44,262 nt of DNA, from positions 1 to 44,262 of the forward strand of contig CAYYQL010000019.1 of the NCBI GenBank assembly GCA_964473825.1, in the 5' to 3' direction. This DNA comes from an uncultured archaeon (lineage in GTDB: Archaea > Asgardarchaeota > Thorarchaeia > Thorarchaeales > Thorarchaeaceae). The translations under genes and the position numbers were made by a program. This document shows positions 28,839 to 39,600 of this stretch, one piece after another. Within the stretch, counting starts at the first letter, position 1; each line of letters opens with the position of its first letter. The notes beneath the pieces were generated by a model. It had not been told where the DNA came from. It did no database searches and was given only the letters and a program-made list of their open reading frames with translations.

Positions 28839-29138
28839 GTGATTGAGTGTTCCAACTTGGCAAACGTCACAGTGAAGTTCTATGCAGGCATCCGCGAGGC
28901 TGCAGGTATGAGAACAAGAGAACTTGAGGCCGAAGATATCAGAGGGCTCCTCTCCGCCCTTAGAGAGGAGTTCGGTGATGAGTTCATGGATGTCATCCTA
29001 GATGATGAGACAGGTGACCTCAAGAGGTTCTACTCATGCATGATCAACGGGAAGAGAATCGAACTCCTCGACGGTTACGATACCCCTCTAGAAGACGGCG
29101 ACAGAGTTGCCCTGTTTCCGCCTGTCGGAGGAGGTTAG
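28839..29138 (+). CDS. moaD: MoaD/ThiS/SAMP ubiquitin-like sulfur carrier
   Basis: VKFYAGIREAAG...DGDRVALFPPVGGG C-terminus. Confidence 0.88.
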   Translation: MIECSNLANVTVKFYAGIREAAGMRTRELEAEDIRGLLSALREEFGDEFMDVILDDETGDLKRFYSCMINGKRIELLDGYDTPLEDGDRVALFPPVGGG

Positions 29139-29151
29139 GGGGACCAAGAGA

Positions 29152-30519
29152 ATGAAGAATGTAGACCTGGTCATCAAGAATGCAAGAATGCTGCTGGAGG
29201 GCGGCATCGCAGCCGGCGGGGTCGGGGTGTTAGATGGAAAAATCTGCGTCATTGCACGTGATACCCATCTGCCTGATGCGGATCGAGAGATTGACATCGA
29301 AGGGAAGCTGCTGATGCCAGGGCTCATCGATGGCCACGCCCATTTTCACGACCCGGCTATGTTGGATCATGAAGACTTCACAACAGGTTCCCGGGCAGCA
29401 GCAGCCGGGGGCGTCACCACGTTTGTTGATATGCCGTTGACATCCAACGTGATACGACCAGCCGATGTGAATGAGAAAATTCAGCAGGGTGAGAAGATGT
29501 CTGTCATTGACTTCTCGCTGTATGGGGGAATGATTGATGCTGAGAACTACCTCATGATTCCAGAGCTCTCGTCAATGGGGATTGAGGGTTTCAAAGCCTT
29601 CACTTCCGACCCTTTCTACGCAAATGGAGGTGTGATAGCAAAAGCACTGAGCGAGGTCTCGGAGGTGGGCGGGCACCTCACGGTACACTCAGAGGACCAG
29701 GGAGTTCTCAAAGAGTTTGCTGAAGATATGGATGGCGACTGGGATGCACCAATCTCACACTCTCTCTCTAGACCGGATATTGCTGAGAGTCTTGCAATCA
29801 GTCAGAACATAGAGATTGCCAAGCTCACAGGAGGGCACCTTCACATAGCCCACATAACAACCTCACAGGGAGTAGAGAGAGTCGCAGACGCAAGGGCCGA
29901 AGGGGTCACAGTGACTACAGAGGTCTGCCCCCATCATCTCGTCTTCACCAGAGATGATATGAACCGCCTGGGGCCAAAGAGCAAGATGAATCCGCCGCTA
30001 AGGTCGTCCCATGACAGAGGGGCCCTCTGGTCAGCCCTCTTGAGAGGCACCATAGACATGACAGTCAGCGACCATGCCCCGGCTCCAGTAGAGAAGAAGA
30101 TGAAGGGAAGAGATGATATTCGAGATGCGTGGGCCGGCGTCGACGGAACTCAGATGATACTCAGGGTGCTCCTCTCTGAGGGAATAGACAGAGGTAGACT
30201 CTCTTTCGACAGGCTTTTACATGCTGCATGCAGGAATCCCGCGAAGATATTCGGTCTATACCCCAAGAAGGGAGTCATCGCAATAGGTTCAGATGCAGAC
30301 TTGGTGGTGGTTGACCGAAACGTCGAACAGGAGATCACCGCAGACATGATGTTCTCAAAGTGTGGATGGACTCTCTATCAGGGAATGAAGATGAAGGGGG
30401 CACCCATCATGACCTTTGTCAGGGGCATAAAGGTCTTCGGAGAGGAACGTATAATGGTGAAACCGGGTCACGGGCAGTTCCAGCCCATGGGCGGAATGAG
30501 GAGGAATCTTGGAAGATGA
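29152..30519 (+). CDS. Cyclic amidohydrolase (allantoinase/dihydropyrimidinase/dihydroorotase family)
   Basis: PGLIDGHAH, AAAGGVTT..DMP, HIAHIT, EVCPHHL, MNPPLR and SDHAP motifs. Confidence 0.92.
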   Translation: MKNVDLVIKNARMLLEGGIAAGGVGVLDGKICVIARDTHLPDADREIDIEGKLLMPGLIDGHAHFHDPAMLDHEDFTTGSRAAAAGGVTTFVDMPLTSNVIRPADVNEKIQQGEKMSVIDFSLYGGMIDAENYLMIPELSSMGIEGFKAFTSDPFYANGGVIAKALSEVSEVGGHLTVHSEDQGVLKEFAEDMDGDWDAPISHSLSRPDIAESLAISQNIEIAKLTGGHLHIAHITTSQGVERVADARAEGVTVTTEVCPHHLVFTRDDMNRLGPKSKMNPPLRSSHDRGALWSALLRGTIDMTVSDHAPAPVEKKMKGRDDIRDAWAGVDGTQMILRVLLSEGIDRGRLSFDRLLHAACRNPAKIFGLYPKKGVIAIGSDADLVVVDRNVEQEITADMMFSKCGWTLYQGMKMKGAPIMTFVRGIKVFGEERIMVKPGHGQFQPMGGMRRNLGR

Positions 30520-31013
30520 ACGACTCGTCTGAACTCAAGTATGCGATTGGCGACCCCGAGGTCTGCACTGGTTGCATGATATGCGCCAATGTCTGCAGTA
30601 TGTACTATTTCAAAGTCATAAGCCCTGAAAGAGCCCGAGTCAGGGTGGTCCGTCTGGATAATGGGCTGGACTTCCCCCTCTTCTGCAGAAACTGCCCCGA
30701 CGCACCCTGTATGGAGGCATGCCCGGAGGGGGCCATCAGTCGAACATCAAAAGGAATTGTCATTGTGAACAATCGGAAGTGCGACGGGTGTGGCGACTGT
30801 GTTGAGGCCTGTCCGTACGATGCCATCTGGATCAACCCGGATACGGAAAAGGCCATCAAGTGTATTCAATGTGGTCAATGCATAGAACGGTGTCCGGTGG
30901 ATGCAATCTGGATAACAACCGATGAGGAACTCGGAGACAGGGACCCGCAGGGGCGAATCATGGATCTCCATGACAAGCATGCAAAGGTTCTCTACCCAGG
31001 GAGGGAGGCATAG
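30516..31013 (+). CDS. 4Fe-4S dicluster electron-transfer subunit
   Basis: Four Cys clusters; ATG 30516 overlaps the previous stop. Confidence 0.9.
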   Translation: MNDSSELKYAIGDPEVCTGCMICANVCSMYYFKVISPERARVRVVRLDNGLDFPLFCRNCPDAPCMEACPEGAISRTSKGIVIVNNRKCDGCGDCVEACPYDAIWINPDTEKAIKCIQCGQCIERCPVDAIWITTDEELGDRDPQGRIMDLHDKHAKVLYPGREA

Positions 31014-32872
31014 TGATAAAGGGGATTGGTGGAGAGATCCTGTGGGTCGACCTGGACAGGTCCAAGATAGAGAAGCGTCCAGTTGATGAAGAGACCGTTC
31101 ACAAGTACCTTCTGGGAGCAGGAATACTCTCAAAGGTGCTCTATGACAAGATTCCTGTGGGAATTGACCCGCTCTCCTCCAAGAATGTTCTCGGAATTGC
31201 CACAGGGCTGTTGACCGCATCCATGTTCCCTCAGGCCTCTCGCCATGTCATTGCAGGTCTGTCGCCGCTGACGGACATCTGGGGAGAGAGTCATGCTGCA
31301 GGATTCTGGGGGGCAGAGCTGAAGTTCGCAGGGTATGATGCGATATTCTTCACTGGTGTATCTTCAGACCCTGTCTATCTCAATATCCATGACTCAGAGG
31401 TTGAACTGCTTGACGCTGAGCCTGTCTGGGGACGTGACGTGTTCGAGACTGATGACATCCTGCGAGAGCGTCATGGAAAGCAGTGTCGCGTGCTATCTAT
31501 CGGCCAAGCCGGTGAGAACCTCGTCCGGTTTGCAGCAATAATGAATGACAGAGACAGAGCCTCTGCAAGATCGGGTCTGGGAGCGGTCATGGGCTCTAAG
31601 AGAATGAAGGCCGTCTGTGTCCGAGGTACCGGGAAGCTAGAAGTTGCAGAACCGGGGAAGTACTTGGAGACCATGGACAGATTCTATGAACGCATGCTCG
31701 CGAATCCCTTCACTCCTGAACGCGCGAAGTATGGTACGACCAACCTCATAGAGATGATGCACAATATCGGGAGACTGCCGAGCTATAACATGAGGGAGGG
31801 GGTCTTCGATGATTATGAAGACATCAGTGGTGAGACCATCACTAGAGAATATCTCGTGAAGCCGCGGGCGGATTGGTCTTGCTTACAGCGCTGCGGTAGG
31901 TTCACAAGGGTCAGAGACCTGCCGTACAAGTACATAGGTGGATCTCCCGAGTTCGAGTCCCAGGTCGCCCTAGGGTCAAGGTGTGGGAACAGAAATGTTG
32001 AATCTGTCCTGTTCAGCCATCATCTAGCAAACCAGTATGGGATGGACACCATCTCACTGGGAGGAACGATATCGTGGGCGATGGAGGCATGGGAAGAGGG
32101 GCTCTTAACAGAAGAAGACACTGGCGGGCTGAATCTTGACTGGGGAAACCATGAGACCGTCGTGAAACTGACCAAGATGATTGCATTCAGAGAGGGCTTC
32201 GGAGACATACTGGCAGAGGGAAGCTATCGGGCTGCAAAGAAGATTGGGAAGGGAAGCGATGAGTTCGTCATGGCAGTCAAGAAGCAGGAGATTGCGGGAC
32301 AGGAGCCACGTGGACAGAAGTCTATGGGTCTTGCCGCTGCGACTGCAGCAAGGGGAGCAGACCATCTCTATGCCTTTCCCGTGTTAGACGAGGCAGGGTT
32401 TGATGATGAGATAAAGGAACGCCTTGGAGAGGAGTTTCTCCCCGAGATGGCTGACCGGCTTGATCCCACCTACAAGGGAATCATGGTGAAGGAATGCGAG
32501 GACTATATGGTCATGATAGAGAGCGTCGGAGTTTGCAAATACGGGACGCAAATCCCTCCCGAGTTATACTATGATGACATATCTGAGGCCCTAAGGGTCC
32601 ACAACGGGATCGTGCTCTCACCGAAGGAACTGCAAGAGATAGGGGAACGGATAGTCAATCTCAACAGGATGTTCAATGTAGAGAGAGGCGTGACTCGCCA
32701 AGACGACAATCTGCCCAGAAGGCTCACTGAGGTCCCCTCCCCACGAGGACCTGCAAAGGGGGAGGTTGTGGAACTGGAACTGATGCTGAACGAGTACTAC
32801 ACACAGAGAGGGTGGGACCCCAAGACAGGAATCCCAACAGAGGAGACTCTGAAACGACTTGGTCTGAAGTAG
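31013..32872 (+). CDS. aor: Aldehyde:ferredoxin oxidoreductase family protein (second paralog)
   Basis: SPLT, GLGAVMGSK, YGMDTIS and RGADHL motifs. Confidence 0.93.
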   Translation: MIKGIGGEILWVDLDRSKIEKRPVDEETVHKYLLGAGILSKVLYDKIPVGIDPLSSKNVLGIATGLLTASMFPQASRHVIAGLSPLTDIWGESHAAGFWGAELKFAGYDAIFFTGVSSDPVYLNIHDSEVELLDAEPVWGRDVFETDDILRERHGKQCRVLSIGQAGENLVRFAAIMNDRDRASARSGLGAVMGSKRMKAVCVRGTGKLEVAEPGKYLETMDRFYERMLANPFTPERAKYGTTNLIEMMHNIGRLPSYNMREGVFDDYEDISGETITREYLVKPRADWSCLQRCGRFTRVRDLPYKYIGGSPEFESQVALGSRCGNRNVESVLFSHHLANQYGMDTISLGGTISWAMEAWEEGLLTEEDTGGLNLDWGNHETVVKLTKMIAFREGFGDILAEGSYRAAKKIGKGSDEFVMAVKKQEIAGQEPRGQKSMGLAAATAARGADHLYAFPVLDEAGFDDEIKERLGEEFLPEMADRLDPTYKGIMVKECEDYMVMIESVGVCKYGTQIPPELYYDDISEALRVHNGIVLSPKELQEIGERIVNLNRMFNVERGVTRQDDNLPRRLTEVPSPRGPAKGEVVELELMLNEYYTQRGWDPKTGIPTEETLKRLGLK

Positions 32873-33086
32873 ACCGATCATGCTGCCCATTCGTCTTCCT
32901 CGGTCATCACTGTACTAGTATTGCGTCTTCCTCTGACAAGGCCATTACTTCGGATTCAGAATCAAGCATAACTCCTCCCAGATCAAGAACAGCAATTCAA
33001 GTTTCCATATCTAAGAAGACGCCGGTGGTTCTCTCTCTCCGACCCCACACACTCTGCGACTGAGAATTCTCAATGTGGATACGTCT

Positions 33087-33323
33087 CTAATCACACGTGG
33101 CACAGACATTTGTGACCGTATCACGAACGCCATCTAGATTCCTTAGGTCATCAACGACAAAAGAGCTGAGCTTCTCAGGGGTCTTGAACATTCCCTTGAT
33201 TAGCAGGTCGTACGCACCATAGATCAAGTATGCCTCATCGACCTCCTCAAATTCTCGGACTTTGGTCAGAATCTCTCGTGCTTTTGCCGACTCAATCTTA
33301 GCCATTATGAAAGCCATTATCAT
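33087..33323 (-). CDS. Stand-alone Lrp/AsnC ligand-binding (RAM) domain protein
   Basis: AYLIYGAYDLLIK...LRNLDGVRDTVT pattern. Confidence 0.85.
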   Translation of the reverse strand: MIMAFIMAKIESAKAREILTKVREFEEVDEAYLIYGAYDLLIKGMFKTPEKLSSFVVDDLRNLDGVRDTVTNVCATCD

Positions 33324-33557
33324 TGTGTGCCACTTTACCTATGGGATTACTGGATGTAATTATTCGTCGCTCACAATAAAAATTGTTGCTTCGCTACTAC
33401 AAGACGAGGGCGACTTCAAACTGGTTCCCTCTTAACGAAGAAGAGCCGTAAGTGCCCATGAAGGAGACAAGAAAGTTAACAAAGTGAAAGTGACAATCAG
33501 TAATACTTTAAAACCTGTAAGGGAAAGCTCGGAAAACATAGCGGAGGCCAACCTTCT

Positions 33558-34028
33558 TTGACATCGACAGCAGATACCTCAAGCTCATCAGCAAGAACAA
33601 AGAGAAAGCGAAAGAAGGGCTTTGAGCCTCAGATTCTGTCATTCTGCTGCAACTGGTGCTCTTACGCCGGAGCAGACTTGGCGGGGACTAGCAGGATGCA
33701 GATGCCGCCCAATGTCAGAATCGTCAGGGTGAATTGCACTGGCCGCATAGACCCATCATTCATTCTCGATGCTCTCGCCCAGGGAGCAGATGGCATCCTG
33801 ATATCGGGCTGTCATCCTGGGGACTGCCATTACACCAGTGGAAACCTGAAGATGGCGGGTCGCTTCGCACTGTTGACCAGTCTCGTTGAGCAGGCAGGAT
33901 TTGACCCAAGACGCATTCATCTACAGTGGGCGAGCGCTGCTGAAGGTGATGTATTCAGAAACGGCGTGACTGAGATGGTGAAACGAATCAAAGAACTGGG
34001 TCCGAACCCTGTAAGGGAGGACGTGTAG
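33558..34028 (+). CDS. mvhD: F420-non-reducing hydrogenase delta subunit MvhD/VhuD (Cys form)
   Basis: FCCNWCSYAGADLAG, RVNCTGRID and GCHPGDCHY motifs. Confidence 0.95.
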   Translation: MTSTADTSSSSARTKRKRKKGFEPQILSFCCNWCSYAGADLAGTSRMQMPPNVRIVRVNCTGRIDPSFILDALAQGADGILISGCHPGDCHYTSGNLKMAGRFALLTSLVEQAGFDPRRIHLQWASAAEGDVFRNGVTEMVKRIKELGPNPVREDV

Positions 34029-34029
34029 A

Positions 34030-34944
34030 ATGACAAAGAGAGTAGCATTTACGCAGCTCACCTCGTGTTGGGGCTGTGACCAATCATTGGTCGATCTCCA
34101 TTTTCGACTTCTTGAAGTACTCCCTGAGCTGGAGATAGTGTTCTGGCCGGCCGTCGTCGACTTCAAACTGAAAGATCTTGAGAGCCTGCCCGATGAGTCG
34201 ATTCACCTCGGATTCGTTGAGGGAAGCTGCAGAACCAATGAAGATCTGCACCTGCTGAAGACGATGCGTAAGAAGAGCAAGTTCCTGATAGCATGGGGCT
34301 CATGCTCATGTTTCGGTGGTGTCCAGGGCCTTGGAAACCAGTGGCCTATCGACGAACTGGTAGAGAGGAAGTTCCTGCAGGCGGACTCCGTTACAGATCC
34401 AAGGATTCCAGAGAGCAATATGCCGGGTTTTCTCGGGATAGTCAAGCCAAATCCCGCTCATGTCAAGTTCAACATGGTTCTTCCAGGTTGTCCACCCACG
34501 TCGGACAACACGTACAATGTTGTAGAGGCGCTACTCACGGGTAAGCCATTCGACCTCCCGGAGAAGACGGTGTGTGACGAATGTCCAAAGGAACGAGAGG
34601 ACAAGCACATCGAGAAGTTCTACAGGACCCACGAGGGGAAGATAGACCCTGATAGATGCCTTCTTGATCAAGGGTATCTCTGTCTGGGTTTTGCAACCAT
34701 CGGGCTCTGTGGGGCACAGTGTCCAACAGTGAACACACCATGCAAGGGATGCTTTGGACCCCCTCCGTCCGTTAGAGACCATGGTGCCAAGATAATCTCT
34801 GCTCTGGGTGCTGTGGCAGAGATGAGTCCAGAAGAACTGAAGGAGGCCTTTCCTGACCCAATCGGTTCCTTCTATTTCACTGATTATGCGGCATCCTATC
34901 TATCGAGCATTACCGCGAAGAAGAGGGAGGAAAAAGGCAAATGA
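34030..34944 (+). CDS. vhuG: F420-non-reducing hydrogenase small subunit MvhG/VhuG
   Basis: SCWGCD, VEGS, WGSCSCFGG, PGCPP and C-terminal Cys clusters. Confidence 0.93.
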   Translation: MTKRVAFTQLTSCWGCDQSLVDLHFRLLEVLPELEIVFWPAVVDFKLKDLESLPDESIHLGFVEGSCRTNEDLHLLKTMRKKSKFLIAWGSCSCFGGVQGLGNQWPIDELVERKFLQADSVTDPRIPESNMPGFLGIVKPNPAHVKFNMVLPGCPPTSDNTYNVVEALLTGKPFDLPEKTVCDECPKEREDKHIEKFYRTHEGKIDPDRCLLDQGYLCLGFATIGLCGAQCPTVNTPCKGCFGPPPSVRDHGAKIISALGAVAEMSPEELKEAFPDPIGSFYFTDYAASYLSSITAKKREEKGK

Positions 34945-36254
34945 CTGACGAGAAGGTAATACGGATCGAACCAGTGACTCGATTGGAAGGCCACGGTGAG
35001 CTGACACTCAAGCTCTCGAAGACTGGCAAGGTGAAAGATGTCCAGTTCAATGTCTCGAGCACACGGTTCTTTGAGAAGTTCCTTGAGGGACGCTTCGCAG
35101 AAGAGGTGCCAAGGATTGCCGAGCGCATCTGTGGCATCTGTCCTGAGCCGCACCATCTGGCTTCAGTCAAGGCGGTAGAGGCAGCATGGAGAGTGACTCC
35201 GCCACCAGCAGCAGTCAAGGTAAGACGACTGTTAATCAATGCCAAGCAGTTATCATCACACGCACTCCACTTCTTTGCACTGGCTGCACCTGACTTCTTA
35301 GCTGGGCCCTTTGCAGAGCCATCCAAGAGAAATGTTGTCGAGGTTATCAAACAACTCCCCGATGTCGGAAAGCTCGCTCTAAGCGTCATGAAGTACGGTC
35401 AAGAGCTTGCCACTGCTATCGGCGGGAAGGCCATCCACCCTGTCACGGCAACTCCCGGTGGGATGTTGAATCCGTTCTCCGAAGAGAAGAGAGACAACTT
35501 CCTTGGTCTCATGGACGGACTCAAGGAGAACATAACAGAAACGGTGGAATTGGCGAAGAAAGTCGTTGAGGATTACTGGGACCCGATAACAAAACTTGGC
35601 GTTGTGCCGACTTATTATCTAGGGACCCATGATAAGGGAAGGCTTGAGATATACGATGGAAACATACGCGTGATGGACCCAGAGGGCAAGATAGTCGAAG
35701 ACTTCAAACCGAAGGACTATCTGGACTACTACGGGGAGTATGTGCCGGATCATTCCTATGCAACGCACATCTATTACAAACCTGCGGGGTATCCAGATGG
35801 AATCTGGAGAGCGAACTCCCTGGCCCGGGTCAACATTGCAGACAAAATGAAGACACCTCTTGCCCAGGAGGCGCTCCAGGAGATGCGCGACAAACTGGGC
35901 AGGCCAATCCACGCGGTGTTTGCCTACCACTGGGCACGGGTCATCGAGATGGTTCAGGCCATGGAAGAGATGGATGAACTGCTCCAAGACCCAGATATTG
36001 TCAGCACCGATGTCAAACTGACAGATGTTGAGCCACGCAAAGGTAATGGAGTTGGCTGTGTCGAGGCACCACGGGGGACTCTAGTCCATCATTACTGGAC
36101 AGATGACCGAGGAATCATCACCAAGGTGAACCTCGTTGTTGCAACAAACAACAATATAGCGGGCATTGAGAAGAGCCTCATGCAGGCAGCCAAACAGATA
36201 TTCGAGAAGAAAGAGCATGAACAGCTAGACCTACCGGAGCCGATGATGAAGTAG
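34941..36254 (+). CDS. vhuA: [NiFe(Se)] hydrogenase large subunit VhuA, lacking the C-terminal L2 motif (supplied by VhuU)
   Basis: EPVTRLEGH, RICGICPEPH (L1) and EAPRGTLVHHY motifs; ends without DPCxxC. Confidence 0.93.
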   Translation: MTDEKVIRIEPVTRLEGHGELTLKLSKTGKVKDVQFNVSSTRFFEKFLEGRFAEEVPRIAERICGICPEPHHLASVKAVEAAWRVTPPPAAVKVRRLLINAKQLSSHALHFFALAAPDFLAGPFAEPSKRNVVEVIKQLPDVGKLALSVMKYGQELATAIGGKAIHPVTATPGGMLNPFSEEKRDNFLGLMDGLKENITETVELAKKVVEDYWDPITKLGVVPTYYLGTHDKGRLEIYDGNIRVMDPEGKIVEDFKPKDYLDYYGEYVPDHSYATHIYYKPAGYPDGIWRANSLARVNIADKMKTPLAQEALQEMRDKLGRPIHAVFAYHWARVIEMVQAMEEMDELLQDPDIVSTDVKLTDVEPRKGNGVGCVEAPRGTLVHHYWTDDRGIITKVNLVVATNNNIAGIEKSLMQAAKQIFEKKEHEQLDLPEPMMK

Positions 36255-36262
36255 TGATAAAA

Positions 36263-36415
36263 ATGACAGATGAAATAGACGAAGGCCTGCTGAACCTCCT
36301 GGAAATGGTGGTTCGCTGCTACGACTGCTGACTATCCTGCGGCGCTCATTTCGTCGTTGTGGACGATGAGGGTCGCGAGATAGTCCGGAAGGAGTTAGTG
36401 ACTGGCGGCGGATGA
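36263..36415 (+). CDS. vhuU: Selenoprotein VhuU (50 aa, in-frame UGA=Sec at 36329-36331): MTDEIDEGLLNLLEMVVRCYDCULSCGAHFVVVDDEGREIVRKELVTGGG
   Basis: Manual translation. The EMVVRxYDxUxSCxxH motif is the L2 motif missing from VhuA, and a SECIS follows. Not in the ORF track. Confidence 0.92.
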
Positions 36416-36450
36416 AGGCCCGGCGTAAAGATGTGAGCCGGGTTGGACAC
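36408..36450 (+). promoter_or_regulatory. Eukaryote-like (Asgard-type) SECIS element
   Basis: AUGAA-GGCCCGGC-(GUAAAGAUGUGA loop with AAA)-GCCGGGUU-GGAC: AUGA/GA quartet, stem and apical adenines. Confidence 0.8.
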
Positions 36451-36626
36451 GCCCCGCAAGGGCGCGTCGGTCGCACTCCTTGGATATTTCTTTAACTACT
36501 AAAAAACCATGAGATGTACGTAAAATTGGAAGTAGGACTATTGTCGGTTACCGAAAAGCGATGTAGCTATCGAGGTCCTAGAATTGAGAGAAGGAACCGA
36601 TTTGCTCACTGGTTTGTTCTAGACAT

Positions 36627-39600
36627 TTATTTTTCAAAAGGTTGAAGATTCCGTCCGGGTACAGTATAACCGGAAAGAATAGCCCAAATTTTTCTTAGAT
36701 CCGGTGGATCTAAGGCGAGATTACTTAGGGCCTCGTCCTGCCAAGCACCATGCTCTAGTGAAGAAAGCCACTCCCGAGCTTTTCGAATAGACGGCATGCT
36801 ACCATCTAGAAATTCCCTAAATGCATCCGCCATGAGTTTGGCTGCAGCACGAGGAACGCCTGCATTGCACAGAACCATGCCTTCAAGCGTATCGATTCCA
36901 AAATAAGCCATCGCCGGTAGGCTGAGAATCTCATACTTCTTCCTCAAATCGAGGCCTTCAAACCCCTTGTTCGTTCTCATGCTTTCTATCAACGCACCAA
37001 GTCCCCAGCTGCCAAACACGCGAATGGAATGAATGAGATCCACTGCTGCGTCTATGCGTTCAATTACATTGTTCATATCGAATATCGTAGGCACGGCAAT
37101 CTGGGAAACGGGAACTCCCTTTACCCAGAGAGCAATTGCTTTCTTCAATTGGTCACTGCTGATATCCTCAAGTTTCGATTCAATCTCGGGTATCTGTTTT
37201 AGCATTGCTGCGAACTGCGAAAGGAAGGGTCCACCCGGCTGCAACAAAGATTCTACATTCACATATTCACCTAGCTCAATCTTTTCGCTACTTGAAGAAA
37301 TCATCTGGACGGATTGAGGCGAAAAGCCAGTCCTATCAACTCTTTCCAGCAAATCATCGGAGTATGACAAAAGACTTTCAGAGAATTCCCTACACCCATC
37401 CAACAATTTCTGCGCCTCATTCGGATTTGACTTCAGTAGATTCTGATATCCTAAAGTCGCTTGAACTAGGGTGTCGATATGATTCTTAATATCCTCTTTG
37501 CCCTCCATCTGGCGATATGCGTGAGTAAGATACTGTATGAAGCTTGACCACGCCGAGTCAACTTTGAAGGCGTGTTCAAGATTCACTCTGCCAGCCTTGA
37601 GAACCGTGTCAATTACAATTTGCTGTAATCCTGTGACTAGATTGTCTACACTCCGATTCACAAACGAATTCAAGTCTTTGTCATCGTCTTTATTCGTAAA
37701 CACAATCAAGCCGACCAGGTCCTGATGAGCTCGCCCCACTCGACCTGCAATGTTCCAGAACAGGTCCGAACTCATGGGCTTGGGGGGTTGACCAATGAGA
37801 TAATCATTCAGAATAAGAGAGGATATGGGGAAATTGACCCCATAGGCTATTGTAGGGGTTGCAACTAAGACCCTCAGTCTGTTCCGTCGCATTAGCCATT
37901 CAACGAGGAAACGAACCTCCTCTGAAACTTTGCCGTGATGGTAGGCGATTCCCTTCCTTAGCAATGAAACCAAATCATATTCAGATCCATATTCCATTTC
38001 AAGAAACCTGCAGACTAATTCAATATCAGGGTGATCAGTATCAGCGCAAAGGTCGGAGAGGAAATTAGCTATCTTGCGTGCGTATGTCGTCTTTTGACTA
38101 TACACGACGAGATTGCCACGGGCTGACAAGAAATGCCCAAAGATAGCTGCAACCTGGTATTTCGCAAGTTGAGATTTCGTGAGTTTCATGCCCGGGTTGG
38201 AGCAGCAATCAATCTCGCCTTGAAATGCCAGAGTTTCATGTGATGTATAGAGTGGTTCTAGCCGAAACTGCCAGTCTTTTCCCCATCCAACAGGTTTAGC
38301 AAAACCAATAAATTGCTTGTTCGGGCGCCATTCAAGCCGTATGTCAGTACCTTCTGTGCCCCCAAGCCACTCTGCGAGGTTTCGGGAATTCGGTATAGAG
38401 GGAGCAAGAAGCAGAAAGCGTGCCTCTTCACAATCTAGCTTCAGTGTGGTAAGAAGCATTTCTGACTTAAGAGGGCGTTCGTTATTGTTGCGACTGCCTC
38501 GGAGAGAGTCAGCCTCATCGAAGACAACAAGTCTGAGTTTCCTGCTTGTTTCTCCAACCCTGCCGCTACGTAGAAGAAGATCTAGCTTCTCTGGCGTTGT
38601 CACCAAGATATCAAATCCCCCCTCTTCTACTAGGGCCTCCTCCGTGGGATCAATCTCCGAAACAGGAACAGCCTTCTCAACTCTGTAACCCAAGGGCTCC
38701 AAGTCTACCCTTAGGTCAACTGCGACTTGGTTCACCAGAGTTCTCGTAGGAACAATATAGGCAACCCAAGACTCCGAAGTATTCTCAAGAGTATAGACAA
38801 TCTTAAACTCGGCGAGTAGAGTCTTGCCTGCGCTAGTTGGCATAGTCACGACTATAGCCGGAGTTGCGTGCTTCAGAAGGTCATATTGATATATTGCATC
38901 ACGTTGTGCCGGCCAGAGCTCGAGTATTGGACCCCCTTTATCCGGGCTCGCCAGATGTCTAATCATATCTGATAGCGTAGTTTCAGTTTCAGCTAGAAGA
39001 GTCCATATGCTTGATTCGATTAGTTTGGCTGCTGCTTGCCGAATCCAGATAGATATCGTAGTTAGCCTCGCAAGTCCAGAGTCTTCAGCCAGCTTTAGAG
39101 CTCTACCAAAATGATGCTGAAGTCCATCTTCTGTTGGAATCCTTTCTCCGGATATTAGAAACTTACCAAGAATCTCCACTGCTCGGGCTAGATGATATAA
39201 TGCAAGAAGTTCTGTGGCTGCAGGAAAGCCTTTGTTCCGACCCTTGAGATATTCACCCTCTTTCTCTAACTGCCATTCTCTCAGCTTCTGAATTGACTCG
39301 ACAGCATTCTTTAGTTCATCCCAATTCCCCTTTCTGACTAGAAGTAAAAACGTTCTCATGATGCCCCTGTAGACAGTCTCCGGCCAGCTTGAATCCTGGG
39401 ATGATAGGGAAGGTACCAGAGTTTCCAGCCACTTACTAACATCGATAGATCGCTCACCAAGAACGCCAAGACAGGATGCTTTTACCAAATGGGTCAGCAA
39501 GTCTGTCATATTGTCAGGAACTGGTACGGTGCAATAGAAACTAAACGCCCTAGCAGAGAGATCGTGTATGTCCTCCGTATCTCCTTCCACGCATTTCGCG

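Noticed and set aside
3522-35987. Numerous antisense or alternate-frame ORFs overlapping well-supported genes (e.g. 3522-4154, 14918-15580, 22872-23594)
   Set aside because: Shadow ORFs of coding sequence with no independent motifs.
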